Shown: positions 38,746-47,386 of the stretch, piece after piece
Layout of the letters: every line of letters begins with the position of its first letter
Numbering within the stretch: the stretch's first letter is position 1
IMG/VR virus record: IMGVR_UViG_3300035212_003113
Span: 62,001 to 126,000 of that record
DNA: 64,000 bases
Reading direction: 5' to 3' (one strand)
Position numbers and translations under genes: made by a program
Notes under the pieces: generated by a model
What the model was told of the DNA's origin: nothing
The model's input: only the letters and a program-made list of their open reading frames with translations
Database searches by the model: none

Positions 38746-39519
38746 ATGAAGGAAATCCTTAATAAGCTTGCTGCATTGGCAGACGAAGCAGACACCGCCG
38801 GCCACGCCGAAGTAGCCAATCAGATTGACGGAATAATCAAGACTTTTGCAGCAGATGGCGGAGACCCTGAAGCCGTTGCTCCAATGATCAAAGATTTTGA
38901 AGCGCCACCCGTCTTTGTGCCTAACAGAGGCATAATGTTCATCAGAAAGTACGAAGAGTACAAGAAACTATCTGATGAGGATAAGAAGAAGTTCTTGGCA
39001 GCAAATCCCGACTTCGTTAAAGACAAAGGCCATCTTGTTCCTCCAACTTCTAAAGAAGTAGATGACGCCTTTAAATCAGTTGTCAAAACGAAGGTTTATC
39101 AGGATGCGAACAAGGCTCCATCAGTAAAAGATCAGCACGAGAAAGCTCGTCAGCAGATGGAGCAGATTGCAAAGCTCTATACTGATATAGGTCGGCCAGC
39201 TCCATTTACTGTCCCGGCTTCTGGCCAGGCAACTGGTCAGCAGATTCTGGACTTCTTAAATAAGGCCGGTAAAGGCGGGCCGCTTGCAAGCTGGAGTGAT
39301 ATGTTTGCGCGCCTAAATGAAATCAAGGGCGATGCGCATCTATTCGCCCTTGATATGAAGAAGGATCCATTTGGCAAGGATTCTACCACTATGGTTGCCG
39401 ATAATGAGTTTAAGTCGCTGCCGCCTGACTATTTCAAAGCGAAAGCCCCTGGAGAAATGGATTTCTTGCCAGGAGAGGTAGAGGGCAAAGGGCCGCCAAA
39501 GCCCCCGCGCGGAATGTGA
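38746..39519 (+). CDS. protein with shared N-terminal leader
   Basis: MKEILNKLAALADEADTAGHAEVANQID; GAGG SD. Confidence 0.75.
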   Translation: MKEILNKLAALADEADTAGHAEVANQIDGIIKTFAADGGDPEAVAPMIKDFEAPPVFVPNRGIMFIRKYEEYKKLSDEDKKKFLAANPDFVKDKGHLVPPTSKEVDDAFKSVVKTKVYQDANKAPSVKDQHEKARQQMEQIAKLYTDIGRPAPFTVPASGQATGQQILDFLNKAGKGGPLASWSDMFARLNEIKGDAHLFALDMKKDPFGKDSTTMVADNEFKSLPPDYFKAKAPGEMDFLPGEVEGKGPPKPPRGM

Positions 39520-39550
39520 AAAAAAGAGCGCTGCAAGGCGCTCTTTTTAT
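39519..39550. terminator. bidirectional intrinsic terminator
   Basis: AAAAAAGAGCGC-TGCAAG-GCGCTCTTTTT between convergent genes. Confidence 0.85.
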
Positions 39551-40239
39551 TTGGGCAGCATTTGTACCAGCAGGTCGCCCACTTGTGGGCGATATGCCTC
39601 AAGGGCTCGCTTGCCCCGCAACTGACTGGCATTCAGTACATAAAGCTTGATGCCGGCATCCTTGGCCATGCGCGTTTTACGAGCATCATTCCTAAGAGTC
39701 TTTATGAACTTGCCCCAGTCGCCACGTACCGGATAGTAGTGGTAAGCGCCGTGGATCTCAATGCCGAGCTTTAGCTGAGGGAAATAGATGTCGATCTCAG
39801 CTCCGATAGCACTGTTATCGCCGAACAGAACTTCGATCCCAGGAAACTGCTCCTTAATAAATTCCTCTAGCTGAGTCTCTAATATAGAGCGGGTATTGAA
39901 TTTCTTGCCTACGTAGTTTGACCAGATCGTCCCGCACTCTGGCGAGCAAAAGATATTGCCGCTCTTGGACTTGCGGTGCTCAGACATCAGTCGCGTCACA
40001 GGCTTATTGCAGATCTTGCAAGGCATAGTGATCCGGCGCTGATAATTCAGGACACGGCAATCCCGTGAACAAAACAGCTTTTTAGTTAAACCGTTGCGCA
40101 GCTTCCACAATGCAGAATGACGAGGCACAAAAGAAATGTGACACTGAGAGCATTCCTGAGCTTCCGCCGCTGATTTAAACAGCACAAAATCCATACGTTC
40201 TTTCCAGTTTATTGCTAGCCTGACCCTACCCCTTACCAC
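39547..40239 (-). CDS. Zn-finger + PD-(D/E)XK/Vsr-like endonuclease (free-standing, homing-like)
   Basis: Two CxxC...FCS..C fingers; EIDIYFP.LKLGIEIHG.YHY; D..K. Confidence 0.78.
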   Translation of the reverse strand: MVRGRVRLAINWKERMDFVLFKSAAEAQECSQCHISFVPRHSALWKLRNGLTKKLFCSRDCRVLNYQRRITMPCKICNKPVTRLMSEHRKSKSGNIFCSPECGTIWSNYVGKKFNTRSILETQLEEFIKEQFPGIEVLFGDNSAIGAEIDIYFPQLKLGIEIHGAYHYYPVRGDWGKFIKTLRNDARKTRMAKDAGIKLYVLNASQLRGKRALEAYRPQVGDLLVQMLPK

Positions 40240-40248
40240 GGATAACCC

Positions 40249-40953
40249 ATGAGCAAGTATACCTCTAACATCCTCAAAATCCTTGACAATGGCGATCTCC
40301 CCGAGGGCTTGCGGGCCTCTAGCCCTGCCAAGATTTCTCTAAAGAAAAACAATGCATTCGCCATTCCTGCTGGCAAAGCTTTTGCCTGCATTGGCGAAAC
40401 CGAGGTCTGTGCCAGCAAGTGCTATGCCAAAAAGGGCAACCATACCTGGCCAGCGGTACAGAATCTGCTTGCCAAGAATTGGGCGCTACTCCGGCACTTC
40501 GAGAGCAACGGGGACAATGAAGGCGCTGTTCGTGCGCTGCTCGCTATCATCCCAGAAAAGCAGCAGTTGTTCCGCATCCACGAATCCGGCGACTTCTTTT
40601 CACAGTGGTATGTAGATGTGTGGGCTGAGGCAATTGCTGCGCGCCCCAATACGCAATTCTGGTTCTACACTCGCTCGTTTAATCTAAATTTCTCTGCAAT
40701 GAAGAGTCTGCCAAATGTCACTTGTTGGGCCAGCACGGACTCAGCTAACAGCGAAGCCGCCACGGCTTTTGTTGCCGCGCACACTTTCTTCCGTCATGCA
40801 TACGGCCCGATCAACAAAGGCGAAGACAAGCCTGATAATTCATTCTTCTGCCCTGCGACGGTGGGCAAGCTGGAAACGGCAGGTGCGTGCGAGAAGTGCC
40901 GTCTGTGCACTGATAATCGCACGACCCGCCACGTTGCATTCCGAGCACACTGA
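40249..40953 (+). CDS. phage Gp88-like protein (Cys-cluster, radical-SAM-like)
   Basis: CIGETEVCASKCYA, FRIHESGDFFS, WFYTRS, CP..CEKCRLC. Confidence 0.75.
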   Translation: MSKYTSNILKILDNGDLPEGLRASSPAKISLKKNNAFAIPAGKAFACIGETEVCASKCYAKKGNHTWPAVQNLLAKNWALLRHFESNGDNEGAVRALLAIIPEKQQLFRIHESGDFFSQWYVDVWAEAIAARPNTQFWFYTRSFNLNFSAMKSLPNVTCWASTDSANSEAATAFVAAHTFFRHAYGPINKGEDKPDNSFFCPATVGKLETAGACEKCRLCTDNRTTRHVAFRAH

Positions 40954-41280
40954 ATGAAGCTGTGGCTGGCAGAGCTAATCGAAAGCATAACGCAGAGTTG
41001 TAACCGCAAGCCGACAAGGCTCAATATTTCACTGGACCCGAAGCATGTTCGCGAAGCTATTGTATGGCTAAATGATGATGGCAGTCCTTTTGCCAAATAT
41101 TACTGCGCACTGCGCAAACTAAAGACATACTCAAGCGACGCGACTCATGAAACGCTGTTTTATGATTCTGGTCAAATAGCACAAATAACTCAAACCGCCC
41201 CCGGCACGATGACTACCGAGTGTTTTGATCGTGATGGGAATCCTGTACACTTTGCAGATTTTAATGAACTGAGGACTTGA
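40954..41280 (+). CDS. MKL-start hypothetical protein
   Basis: MKLWLAELIE. Confidence 0.6.
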   Translation: MKLWLAELIESITQSCNRKPTRLNISLDPKHVREAIVWLNDDGSPFAKYYCALRKLKTYSSDATHETLFYDSGQIAQITQTAPGTMTTECFDRDGNPVHFADFNELRT

Positions 41281-41284
41281 CAAA

Positions 41285-43417
41285 ATGAAGCAAGATAGCA
41301 ATGGTTTCGATGTAGAGCGCAACGGCAACTTTAACTCCTCAAAGTTCGGCATCAAGAGTGCGTCAGATATGGTGCACATCTTTTCCGTGCTCCGTAGCAA
41401 GCTTTATTCTGACAAGGTGCTCGCGGTTTGCCGCGAGTATGCTACCAACGCTTGCGATGCGCATATTGACGCTGGCATCCCTGATCAGCCTATTCGCATC
41501 ACGCTGCCCAATCACAATGATCTGTTCTTCCGGGTTCGTGACTTCGGCAAAGGTTTGGACGAGGAGGGTATCCGCGAAGTCTATTGCATGTATGGCGCTT
41601 CAACAAAGCGCAACTCGAATGCATTCAATGGTCAGATGGGATTCGGTAGCAAGTCGGCATTCGCTTACACGGACTTCTGGCAGATCAATTCACACTGCAA
41701 CGGCACGAAGATCTCCTACAGCGTTTTTCTGGACGAGAGCGGTCTCGGCGAAGTTAGCGAGCTGGCTCGTGAGCCGACGCTAGAGACCGGTGTCGAGATT
41801 GTTATTCCGGTAGATTCATCCGACGTAGGCGACTTCCATAGTCGCGCCCGCGATCTATATCGCTGGTTTCGCATCAAACCGGAGATTATTGGAGCCCAGG
41901 TCAGCATTGAGCAGCCGACTATTTCTATTGATCTTGGTGACGTAAAGATCATAAAAGATCGCCAATCTGATCCGATGGCCATCATGGGCAACGTTGGCTA
42001 TCCCGTAGATATCTCAAAGATGCTTTTTGATCAGTACGATACAAAAGGAAATGTTAATCGCCTGAATCAGCAGGACAGCGAATGGCTGCGTTGGCGCTGT
42101 TCTAACCTTGTCATGCATTTTGAGATTGGCGAGCTACAGATGGCCGCCAGCCGCGAAGCCCTGGAATACAAGGACTCTACTACTAAGGCCATCATCCGCA
42201 AGCTGACTGGCGTGCGTGATCGCGCAAATGCCAAGGTAAATGCCGCTGTGCTCGCAGAGACAAATCTTAAGGCAGCTCTGCGCAAGGCGAATGAGCTACA
42301 GTATATCTCGAACAGTGGTATCGAGAGCATCGTATCTAGTGACAAGATCATCTGGCAGGGCAAGACGTGGGAAGCTCGGCCATGCATTGATGATCATTGC
42401 TTTGCCTCTGTTATCGAGGTATATCGTTCTGGCAGCCGTTTCGCCGCTCGTCCCATGGATGTGCTGAGTAAGGAGCGCATCAACCCTCTGAACAATTTCA
42501 TCGTGCTCATGGACACTGACCGTGCTGTTTGCGTGTCACGCGCAAAGTACCTTGCGGCGCAGACGCGCGCTAGCGTAACTATTCTTGTGCCAGCACCTAC
42601 CAAGGTAGATGGCGCCAAGAAGTGGATGGAGAATAATATCAATGGCGATCTGTTCGTGCTTGCTAGCCAGTGCGAAGATCCTGAGATCGCCGACTCTACC
42701 GAAGACGAAGACAAGCCACTTGTTCGCGCTCGGCGTGCTCCTACGAAGGTAGACGCGGCCAAGCGAGCCGCTATCTATCTGACGCCTGTTCGCAACTCTT
42801 TTGACCGTTCGGCCAAAAGCAAGAACTGGAATACAGTAGAGTTCGACGCCAACAGGCTAAATCTTATTATCCAGATCGAGAGTTTCGCACCAAAAGGTTT
42901 TGGAGATAATCCTGAGCCGCGCAATCTCGCAGCGGACTTTGATCACCTGGTTACAGCCGGTGTTCTTCCAGTAAACGCATGCCTGCTTGGCGTGCGCACC
43001 GCAGATCTGGATAAGGCTAAGGAAGACGGCTGCCTTCTGCTGTCGGACGTATTGCGCGAGGCTGGTACGCGGTTTCAGGAGCAGGCCGGCCTATTCGATT
43101 CAATCAACATGTCTGGCGAGCAAAAGCGCATAATGGTCTTTGCCAAGAAGGCCGGCGCTCCAATGTTCTTCGACCCAGAGACAACAGAAGGCAGCGCTGC
43201 TTCGAAAAAGCTAGGCATTCTTCTATCGTCTCGCCTGGGTCGTAGCCTTGGCATCGGTCGAGGCGAGTACATTTCTGACGTTCCAAAAGAGACTTATATT
43301 GCTATCCTCGAGACATTCCCGATGCTGCGACTTGTCAATATGTGGGATTTGGCTCGTGGCGGCCACGAGCCAACAGTAGTAAATTACATGAAAACAGTTC
43401 TTGCTGCGGGTAATTGA
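41285..43417 (+). CDS. rIIA: rIIA-like protein (GHKL ATPase N-domain)
   Basis: LYSDKVLAVCREYATNACDAH, RDFGKG, YGASTKRNSN, GFGSKS.FAY. Confidence 0.88.
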   Translation: MKQDSNGFDVERNGNFNSSKFGIKSASDMVHIFSVLRSKLYSDKVLAVCREYATNACDAHIDAGIPDQPIRITLPNHNDLFFRVRDFGKGLDEEGIREVYCMYGASTKRNSNAFNGQMGFGSKSAFAYTDFWQINSHCNGTKISYSVFLDESGLGEVSELAREPTLETGVEIVIPVDSSDVGDFHSRARDLYRWFRIKPEIIGAQVSIEQPTISIDLGDVKIIKDRQSDPMAIMGNVGYPVDISKMLFDQYDTKGNVNRLNQQDSEWLRWRCSNLVMHFEIGELQMAASREALEYKDSTTKAIIRKLTGVRDRANAKVNAAVLAETNLKAALRKANELQYISNSGIESIVSSDKIIWQGKTWEARPCIDDHCFASVIEVYRSGSRFAARPMDVLSKERINPLNNFIVLMDTDRAVCVSRAKYLAAQTRASVTILVPAPTKVDGAKKWMENNINGDLFVLASQCEDPEIADSTEDEDKPLVRARRAPTKVDAAKRAAIYLTPVRNSFDRSAKSKNWNTVEFDANRLNLIIQIESFAPKGFGDNPEPRNLAADFDHLVTAGVLPVNACLLGVRTADLDKAKEDGCLLLSDVLREAGTRFQEQAGLFDSINMSGEQKRIMVFAKKAGAPMFFDPETTEGSAASKKLGILLSSRLGRSLGIGRGEYISDVPKETYIAILETFPMLRLVNMWDLARGGHEPTVVNYMKTVLAAGN

Positions 43418-44166
43418 AAATGCTTTCACATATCGTTTCCAACTCAGGCATAACCGTTGTCTTTGACGACGGTCCAAAGATGCTGCACAAGAGTTCTGCC
43501 AGATACCAGGAAGCTCTTGATGCCCTTAAAAGCAGTGACATCTCAACGCTTAGAGAGATAATGGATCCGCGAGGAGCCATTAAGAAATACTCTAATAATG
43601 AGCTTAGCTTTGAAGAAGACGGCAGCCTTTCATTTGAAGGGCTGCGCCTTGGCAGCAAGCTAGAGTCGCTTCTCAAGTCATGCATGAGTCGAGGTCTTCC
43701 CTGGGAAGTAATAGCTCGATTCGCTACCAACTGCCTTGCAAATCCATCTACACGGGCACATAGCGAGATCGAGTCGCTGCTAAGTATCGAAAATCTGCCT
43801 ATTACGGAAGATGGATGTTTCTTAGCGTATAAGCTTGCAACAGTGGATGGCCTTGATGCGGATCACGGAATCTTTGATTGCTCGCCAGGCAAAACAGTTG
43901 AGTACCCGAGAAACAAAATCTCTAGGCATTCCAAGAAAGGTCCAGAGCGCGGATTGTCGGCTGGTGGCAAGGCTTATACCAACTCTGGATTTGTTGGCAA
44001 AACACTAGTGGTGAAGATAAATCCTGCTGATGTAATTGGCGTATATATGCATCCGTATAGGGAAGCAGTAGTATGCCGGTTCTCTGTGGTAAAAGAAGGC
44101 GCTCTAGACTTCGCGTCTGATATCGTAGACTCTACCACTTTAGAGCCGCTGCGGCAAGTGAAGTAA
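43414..44166 (+). CDS. rIIB: rIIB-like protein
   Basis: ANPS, LPITEDGCFLAYK, VKINPADVI; follows rIIA. Confidence 0.85.
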   Translation: MKMLSHIVSNSGITVVFDDGPKMLHKSSARYQEALDALKSSDISTLREIMDPRGAIKKYSNNELSFEEDGSLSFEGLRLGSKLESLLKSCMSRGLPWEVIARFATNCLANPSTRAHSEIESLLSIENLPITEDGCFLAYKLATVDGLDADHGIFDCSPGKTVEYPRNKISRHSKKGPERGLSAGGKAYTNSGFVGKTLVVKINPADVIGVYMHPYREAVVCRFSVVKEGALDFASDIVDSTTLEPLRQVK

Positions 44167-44168
44167 CA

Positions 44169-44206
44169 GGAGGCGGCCGGCCTAAAACCGGCCGCCCCCG
44201 ATCCTG
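44169..44206 (+). promoter_or_regulatory. CCTAAA-N13-GATCC hairpin element, copy 11
   Basis: Perfect GGCGGCCGG-CCTAAAA-CCGGCCGCC; GATCC 44200-44204. Confidence 0.85.
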
Positions 44207-44229
44207 CTGGGCACAGCCCGGAGTGACAA

Positions 44230-44721
44230 TTGCAAAGAGTACCACTTTTGATGAGACTATCTGCTTTCTTTTCTCATGCCAAAAATCCTAAGTTTTGGGA
44301 AGAAGCAGAGAGAGCGCACCTGCTTATCTCTAGGCTAAATAATGGGATTTGCTCTAATTCGCTTACGCACCAATTTCTTAAAAAGGCAGCAACCGATATA
44401 GAAGATAGAGTTGCATTCAACGCTTCTCCCGTATGCTGCTATCTTTATGGTGCGTGGTCAGCTCTATCTGAGCAAACAAAGAATCACACTGAGTCTGGTT
44501 ATGAACCAGACGATAGGTATCTGCTGTCACTTGAGAGCGCCAATGATCATATCTTCTGGCGGGTAATGCCATATTTAAATTCAACTGACTTCAACAAAAC
44601 GCTTGACCTGTTTCCTGTTATCTATAACAATGTCAGCGCTACATTTGCTTCAGGCAATGCCTGTCACATAGACATGGATGATCTAATTGTTAAAAAGTTT
44701 AGCGAAATGCCGGGTATGTAA
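44230..44721 (+). CDS. hypothetical protein
   Basis: TTG after GGAG SD (alternative ATG 44251, MRL). Confidence 0.6.
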   Translation: MQRVPLLMRLSAFFSHAKNPKFWEEAERAHLLISRLNNGICSNSLTHQFLKKAATDIEDRVAFNASPVCCYLYGAWSALSEQTKNHTESGYEPDDRYLLSLESANDHIFWRVMPYLNSTDFNKTLDLFPVIYNNVSATFASGNACHIDMDDLIVKKFSEMPGM

Positions 44722-45050
44722 TGAAGCTGCATGAAATGCATTTAATCCACTCTCTTATGGAGACACACGAGCTGTCTAACCATATTAGCTCTGAAAAACT
44801 AAATGGGCAGCGAGTGCATGTTATTACCGGACCCGGACGCATGATTATGCTAACAAAGCATCCACACCATTTTCATATATCTATGAACTATGATTCACGT
44901 CCTGTTAATGTAGAGCTGGATCTTAATCTTAATCTAGTGTCGCTAGATACTGGCAAATGGTCTCTTTCTGATGAAGACCTGATTCTTCGCAAAGATTTTG
45001 AGGAAAAAGTTAAGAGCTGGCTGCCTGCCGGACTAGGTTTTGGAAAATAA
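44721..45050 (+). CDS. MKL-start hypothetical protein
   Basis: TAATG coupling. Confidence 0.6.
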   Translation: MKLHEMHLIHSLMETHELSNHISSEKLNGQRVHVITGPGRMIMLTKHPHHFHISMNYDSRPVNVELDLNLNLVSLDTGKWSLSDEDLILRKDFEEKVKSWLPAGLGFGK

Positions 45051-45182
45051 CGCTTAATAATTTACCCATAATAGTTTCCCAGTCTAGGAGCCGAGCGCGC
45101 AGCGCCCGGCAATTAAATCGGCTAAGTTGACTGCAATCGGCACAAGTAGGCCAATATAAATCGCTAACAGGTCAATATTCTC

Positions 45183-45653
45183 ATGAAGAAATATAACGCA
45201 TTTGCATACTGCACATTTCCTGCTGAAATAGAGAGCGCATTTCCGCGGTTTGGACGTATTCTTAATGACGACTTTACCCGTCCGCATGCCTCTCTTGTCT
45301 ATATACCAGGGCTTAGCGCAAGTGAAGTTGGCAAAGTCGCCGCTGCCGTAGAGATGCTGGCAAAACGTTTGCAGCCATTTCAGATATCATTTGGAGACAC
45401 TAAGTGCTTCGAGTCAAACAGTGATAGCGTTCCATGGTATGTAGAAGTAAAGGGCGAAGGTTTCCTGCGATTGCGGGAGGCGTTGCTTTCCGTCATTGAT
45501 TCGCTCGATGTCGAAATAAATGAGAAATTTGACAGCTTTGTTCCACATGCCACGCTACAATACATGAAGCCAGGCGAGAGTTATGAGGGCAAATCGCCGT
45601 CAGGCGATTGCACCATAAGTGATGTTCACTTTGCCTTCAAAGAAGCAGAGTAG
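45183..45653 (+). CDS. 2H phosphoesterase (2'-5' RNA ligase family)
   Basis: Two HxS/T motifs: PHASL, PHATL. Confidence 0.88.
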   Translation: MKKYNAFAYCTFPAEIESAFPRFGRILNDDFTRPHASLVYIPGLSASEVGKVAAAVEMLAKRLQPFQISFGDTKCFESNSDSVPWYVEVKGEGFLRLREALLSVIDSLDVEINEKFDSFVPHATLQYMKPGESYEGKSPSGDCTISDVHFAFKEAE

Positions 45654-45690
45654 GCGGCGCCGGCCCTAAAGTCGGACCCGCCCGATCCGG
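45653..45690 (+). promoter_or_regulatory. CCTAAA-N13-GATCC hairpin element, copy 12
   Basis: CCTAAA 45665-45670, GATCC 45684-45688. Confidence 0.8.
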
Positions 45691-45756
45691 TAGAGCGGAC
45701 GGGGTGCCCGGCACCGGATCGCAAGTCTTTTTATAGCAACCAGCAACGGAGTAGCC

Positions 45757-45993
45757 ATGGAAATGATCTCGATCCCGCAGCGCTTTATCGTTTACCAGAA
45801 TGCAGACCCGGATGTGATCGACGAGTTCACAGTAGTTTATCCGGATGGAGCAGTATTCCTTTTCGACTCACAGGAACCGCATCGACCGCGTTTTCTGTGT
45901 TCTTATAAACACTTCACAAAGGACGAAGAAGATGTATTGATTAATTCTGTGCCAGAGTCGTTACTTGAGGCAATGATCAATCAGGAGATCTGA
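45757..45993 (+). CDS. hypothetical protein
   Basis: CGGAG SD. Confidence 0.6.
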   Translation: MEMISIPQRFIVYQNADPDVIDEFTVVYPDGAVFLFDSQEPHRPRFLCSYKHFTKDEEDVLINSVPESLLEAMINQEI

Positions 45994-45997
45994 AAAG

Positions 45998-46306
45998 TTG
46001 GAACAGCAGAAATTATCAGCATTGCAACAGCTACAAGCAAAGGCGAAGGCAGCTGGAAGAGCTGCTGTCGTCTCTTCAGAAAACTTTGACGGGCTGGAGG
46101 ATGACGCAAATCAATTCATTCAGCTTGTTCATCAGGCAGCCGATGAAGGATTGTGGGAGATTGATCTCACATTTGATAATCGGTCTGCTACTTATTTAAA
46201 TCGGATAGCAGAAAAGGTTAAAGACGTCCTGTTTGATGTCTTTATCCTGGTAGACGCAGGCAGTCGCAAGATCCAGGCTTCCTGGAAATCTAGCAACGAA
46301 GTTTAA
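45998..46306 (+). CDS. hypothetical protein
   Basis: 102-aa ORF. Confidence 0.6.
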   Translation: MEQQKLSALQQLQAKAKAAGRAAVVSSENFDGLEDDANQFIQLVHQAADEGLWEIDLTFDNRSATYLNRIAEKVKDVLFDVFILVDAGSRKIQASWKSSNEV

Positions 46307-46332
46307 GCCATTTTGGCAGAAAGATGCATACC

Positions 46333-46686
46333 ATGTCGAATACTTTTGATACGAACTATGACCGTACCGTTGTTGTTACCGTAGATGACCTTGTCAAGGA
46401 GAGTGGCAAGCCAGCGCTTCTTGTGAACAAGGCTCTTAAGGATGCTGGATTGCAGTCGGTTGGTACGGTGCGTACTGGCCGCGTAGGCAAGCCCCCGCGC
46501 CTTTTTGACCGTGATCAGTTTCTGCGGGCAATTGCCGCATACGAGGAGCAGCGTACTACGCTTCGTGCTGCTCGTGCCTCTGCTGCTGTTCGCACGGCGC
46601 CAAAAGTTACTGTAAACACAGTACCACCGCCGGCGAATGATGATTCGTCAACTGCCTCATCCGAGGCCGTTGTTTTTGGTGAGTGA
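46333..46686 (+). CDS. putative wHTH DNA-binding protein
   Basis: TVDDLVKESG...TGRVGKPPRLF wing-like motif. Confidence 0.55.
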   Translation: MSNTFDTNYDRTVVVTVDDLVKESGKPALLVNKALKDAGLQSVGTVRTGRVGKPPRLFDRDQFLRAIAAYEEQRTTLRAARASAAVRTAPKVTVNTVPPPANDDSSTASSEAVVFGE

Positions 46687-46708
46687 ATAAAAGGAATAAG
46701 GAAAAAAC

Positions 46709-46993
46709 ATGAATAAGAAAGTTGTTGCCGCTGTTGTTGCTGTTCTTGTTGCCGTTCTCGGTCTCGTCAAGGTCTTCTCGGGCTCGGATGAGGCTGCTGC
46801 CGCTGCCGTAACGGAGGCCGCTGCCGCCGTTGTTGGCGAGGGTGAGGGCGAAGCTGCCGCTACCGTTACCACGGATTCGGCTGCTCCTGTTGGTGCCGCT
46901 GCTGCTACGGCTGCTACGGCTGCTACGGCCGCTACGGCCGCTACCACGGCTGCCCCAGCCACGGCGCCCGCTGCTGATGCAGCTGCCAAGTGA
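46709..46993 (+). CDS. membrane-anchored Ala/Thr-rich low-complexity protein
   Basis: N-terminal TM helix then AAT repeats; AAGGA SD. Confidence 0.7.
   Translation: MNKKVVAAVVAVLVAVLGLVKVFSGSDEAAAAAVTEAAAAVVGEGEGEAAATVTTDSAAPVGAAAATAATAATAATAATTAAPATAPAADAAAK
46901..46945 (+). repeat. 5 x 9-bp tandem repeat GC(T/C)GCTAC(G/C)
   Basis: gctgctacg x3, gccgctacg, gccgctacc; encodes (AAT)5. Confidence 0.9.
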
Positions 46994-47017
46994 AAAAATA
47001 GGGCTATGCCCTCTTTA

Positions 47018-47077
47018 CTCCGTGTAAGCGGAGGATATAATCCTCCTAGCGGCGAAGAGCCGGAACTAGGAGGATTT
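47018..47077 (+). promoter_or_regulatory. structured 5' leader sequestering the Hsp20 SD
   Basis: AATCCTCCTAG (47039-49) is the perfect complement of CTAGGAGGATT (47066-76). Confidence 0.7.
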
Positions 47078-47377
47078 ATGTTTGATACGCTATCTCTATT
47101 TGATTCAATCTATTTTGTAGAAGAGGCCGATGGGCATACTATTATACACATTCCCATGCCAGGAGCTACAAAAGAGGACGTAGACATTGACGCTGAGCCT
47201 ACAAGGCTAGAGGTCAAAGTAAACACAGATAAGAAGCTGCCGTTCCTAAAGCAACGACGCTGGCGATTTACCCATAGACTGGGTAACCCAGAGGTTTCTG
47301 CAAAAGTAAATAACGGCGTTCTAGAGATTCGTATGTGCGAAGTAGGCCGTTCACGCTACCGCGTAGAGGTGGCATAG
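47078..47377 (+). CDS. small heat shock protein (Hsp20)
   Basis: MPGATKEDVDI, VSAKVNNGVLEI; AGGAGG SD. Confidence 0.85.
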   Translation: MFDTLSLFDSIYFVEEADGHTIIHIPMPGATKEDVDIDAEPTRLEVKVNTDKKLPFLKQRRWRFTHRLGNPEVSAKVNNGVLEIRMCEVGRSRYRVEVA

Positions 47378-47386
47378 CGAGGATAA

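Noticed and set aside
45060-45182. Intergenic gap as ncRNA
   Set aside because: Only short, weak stems; no recognisable family
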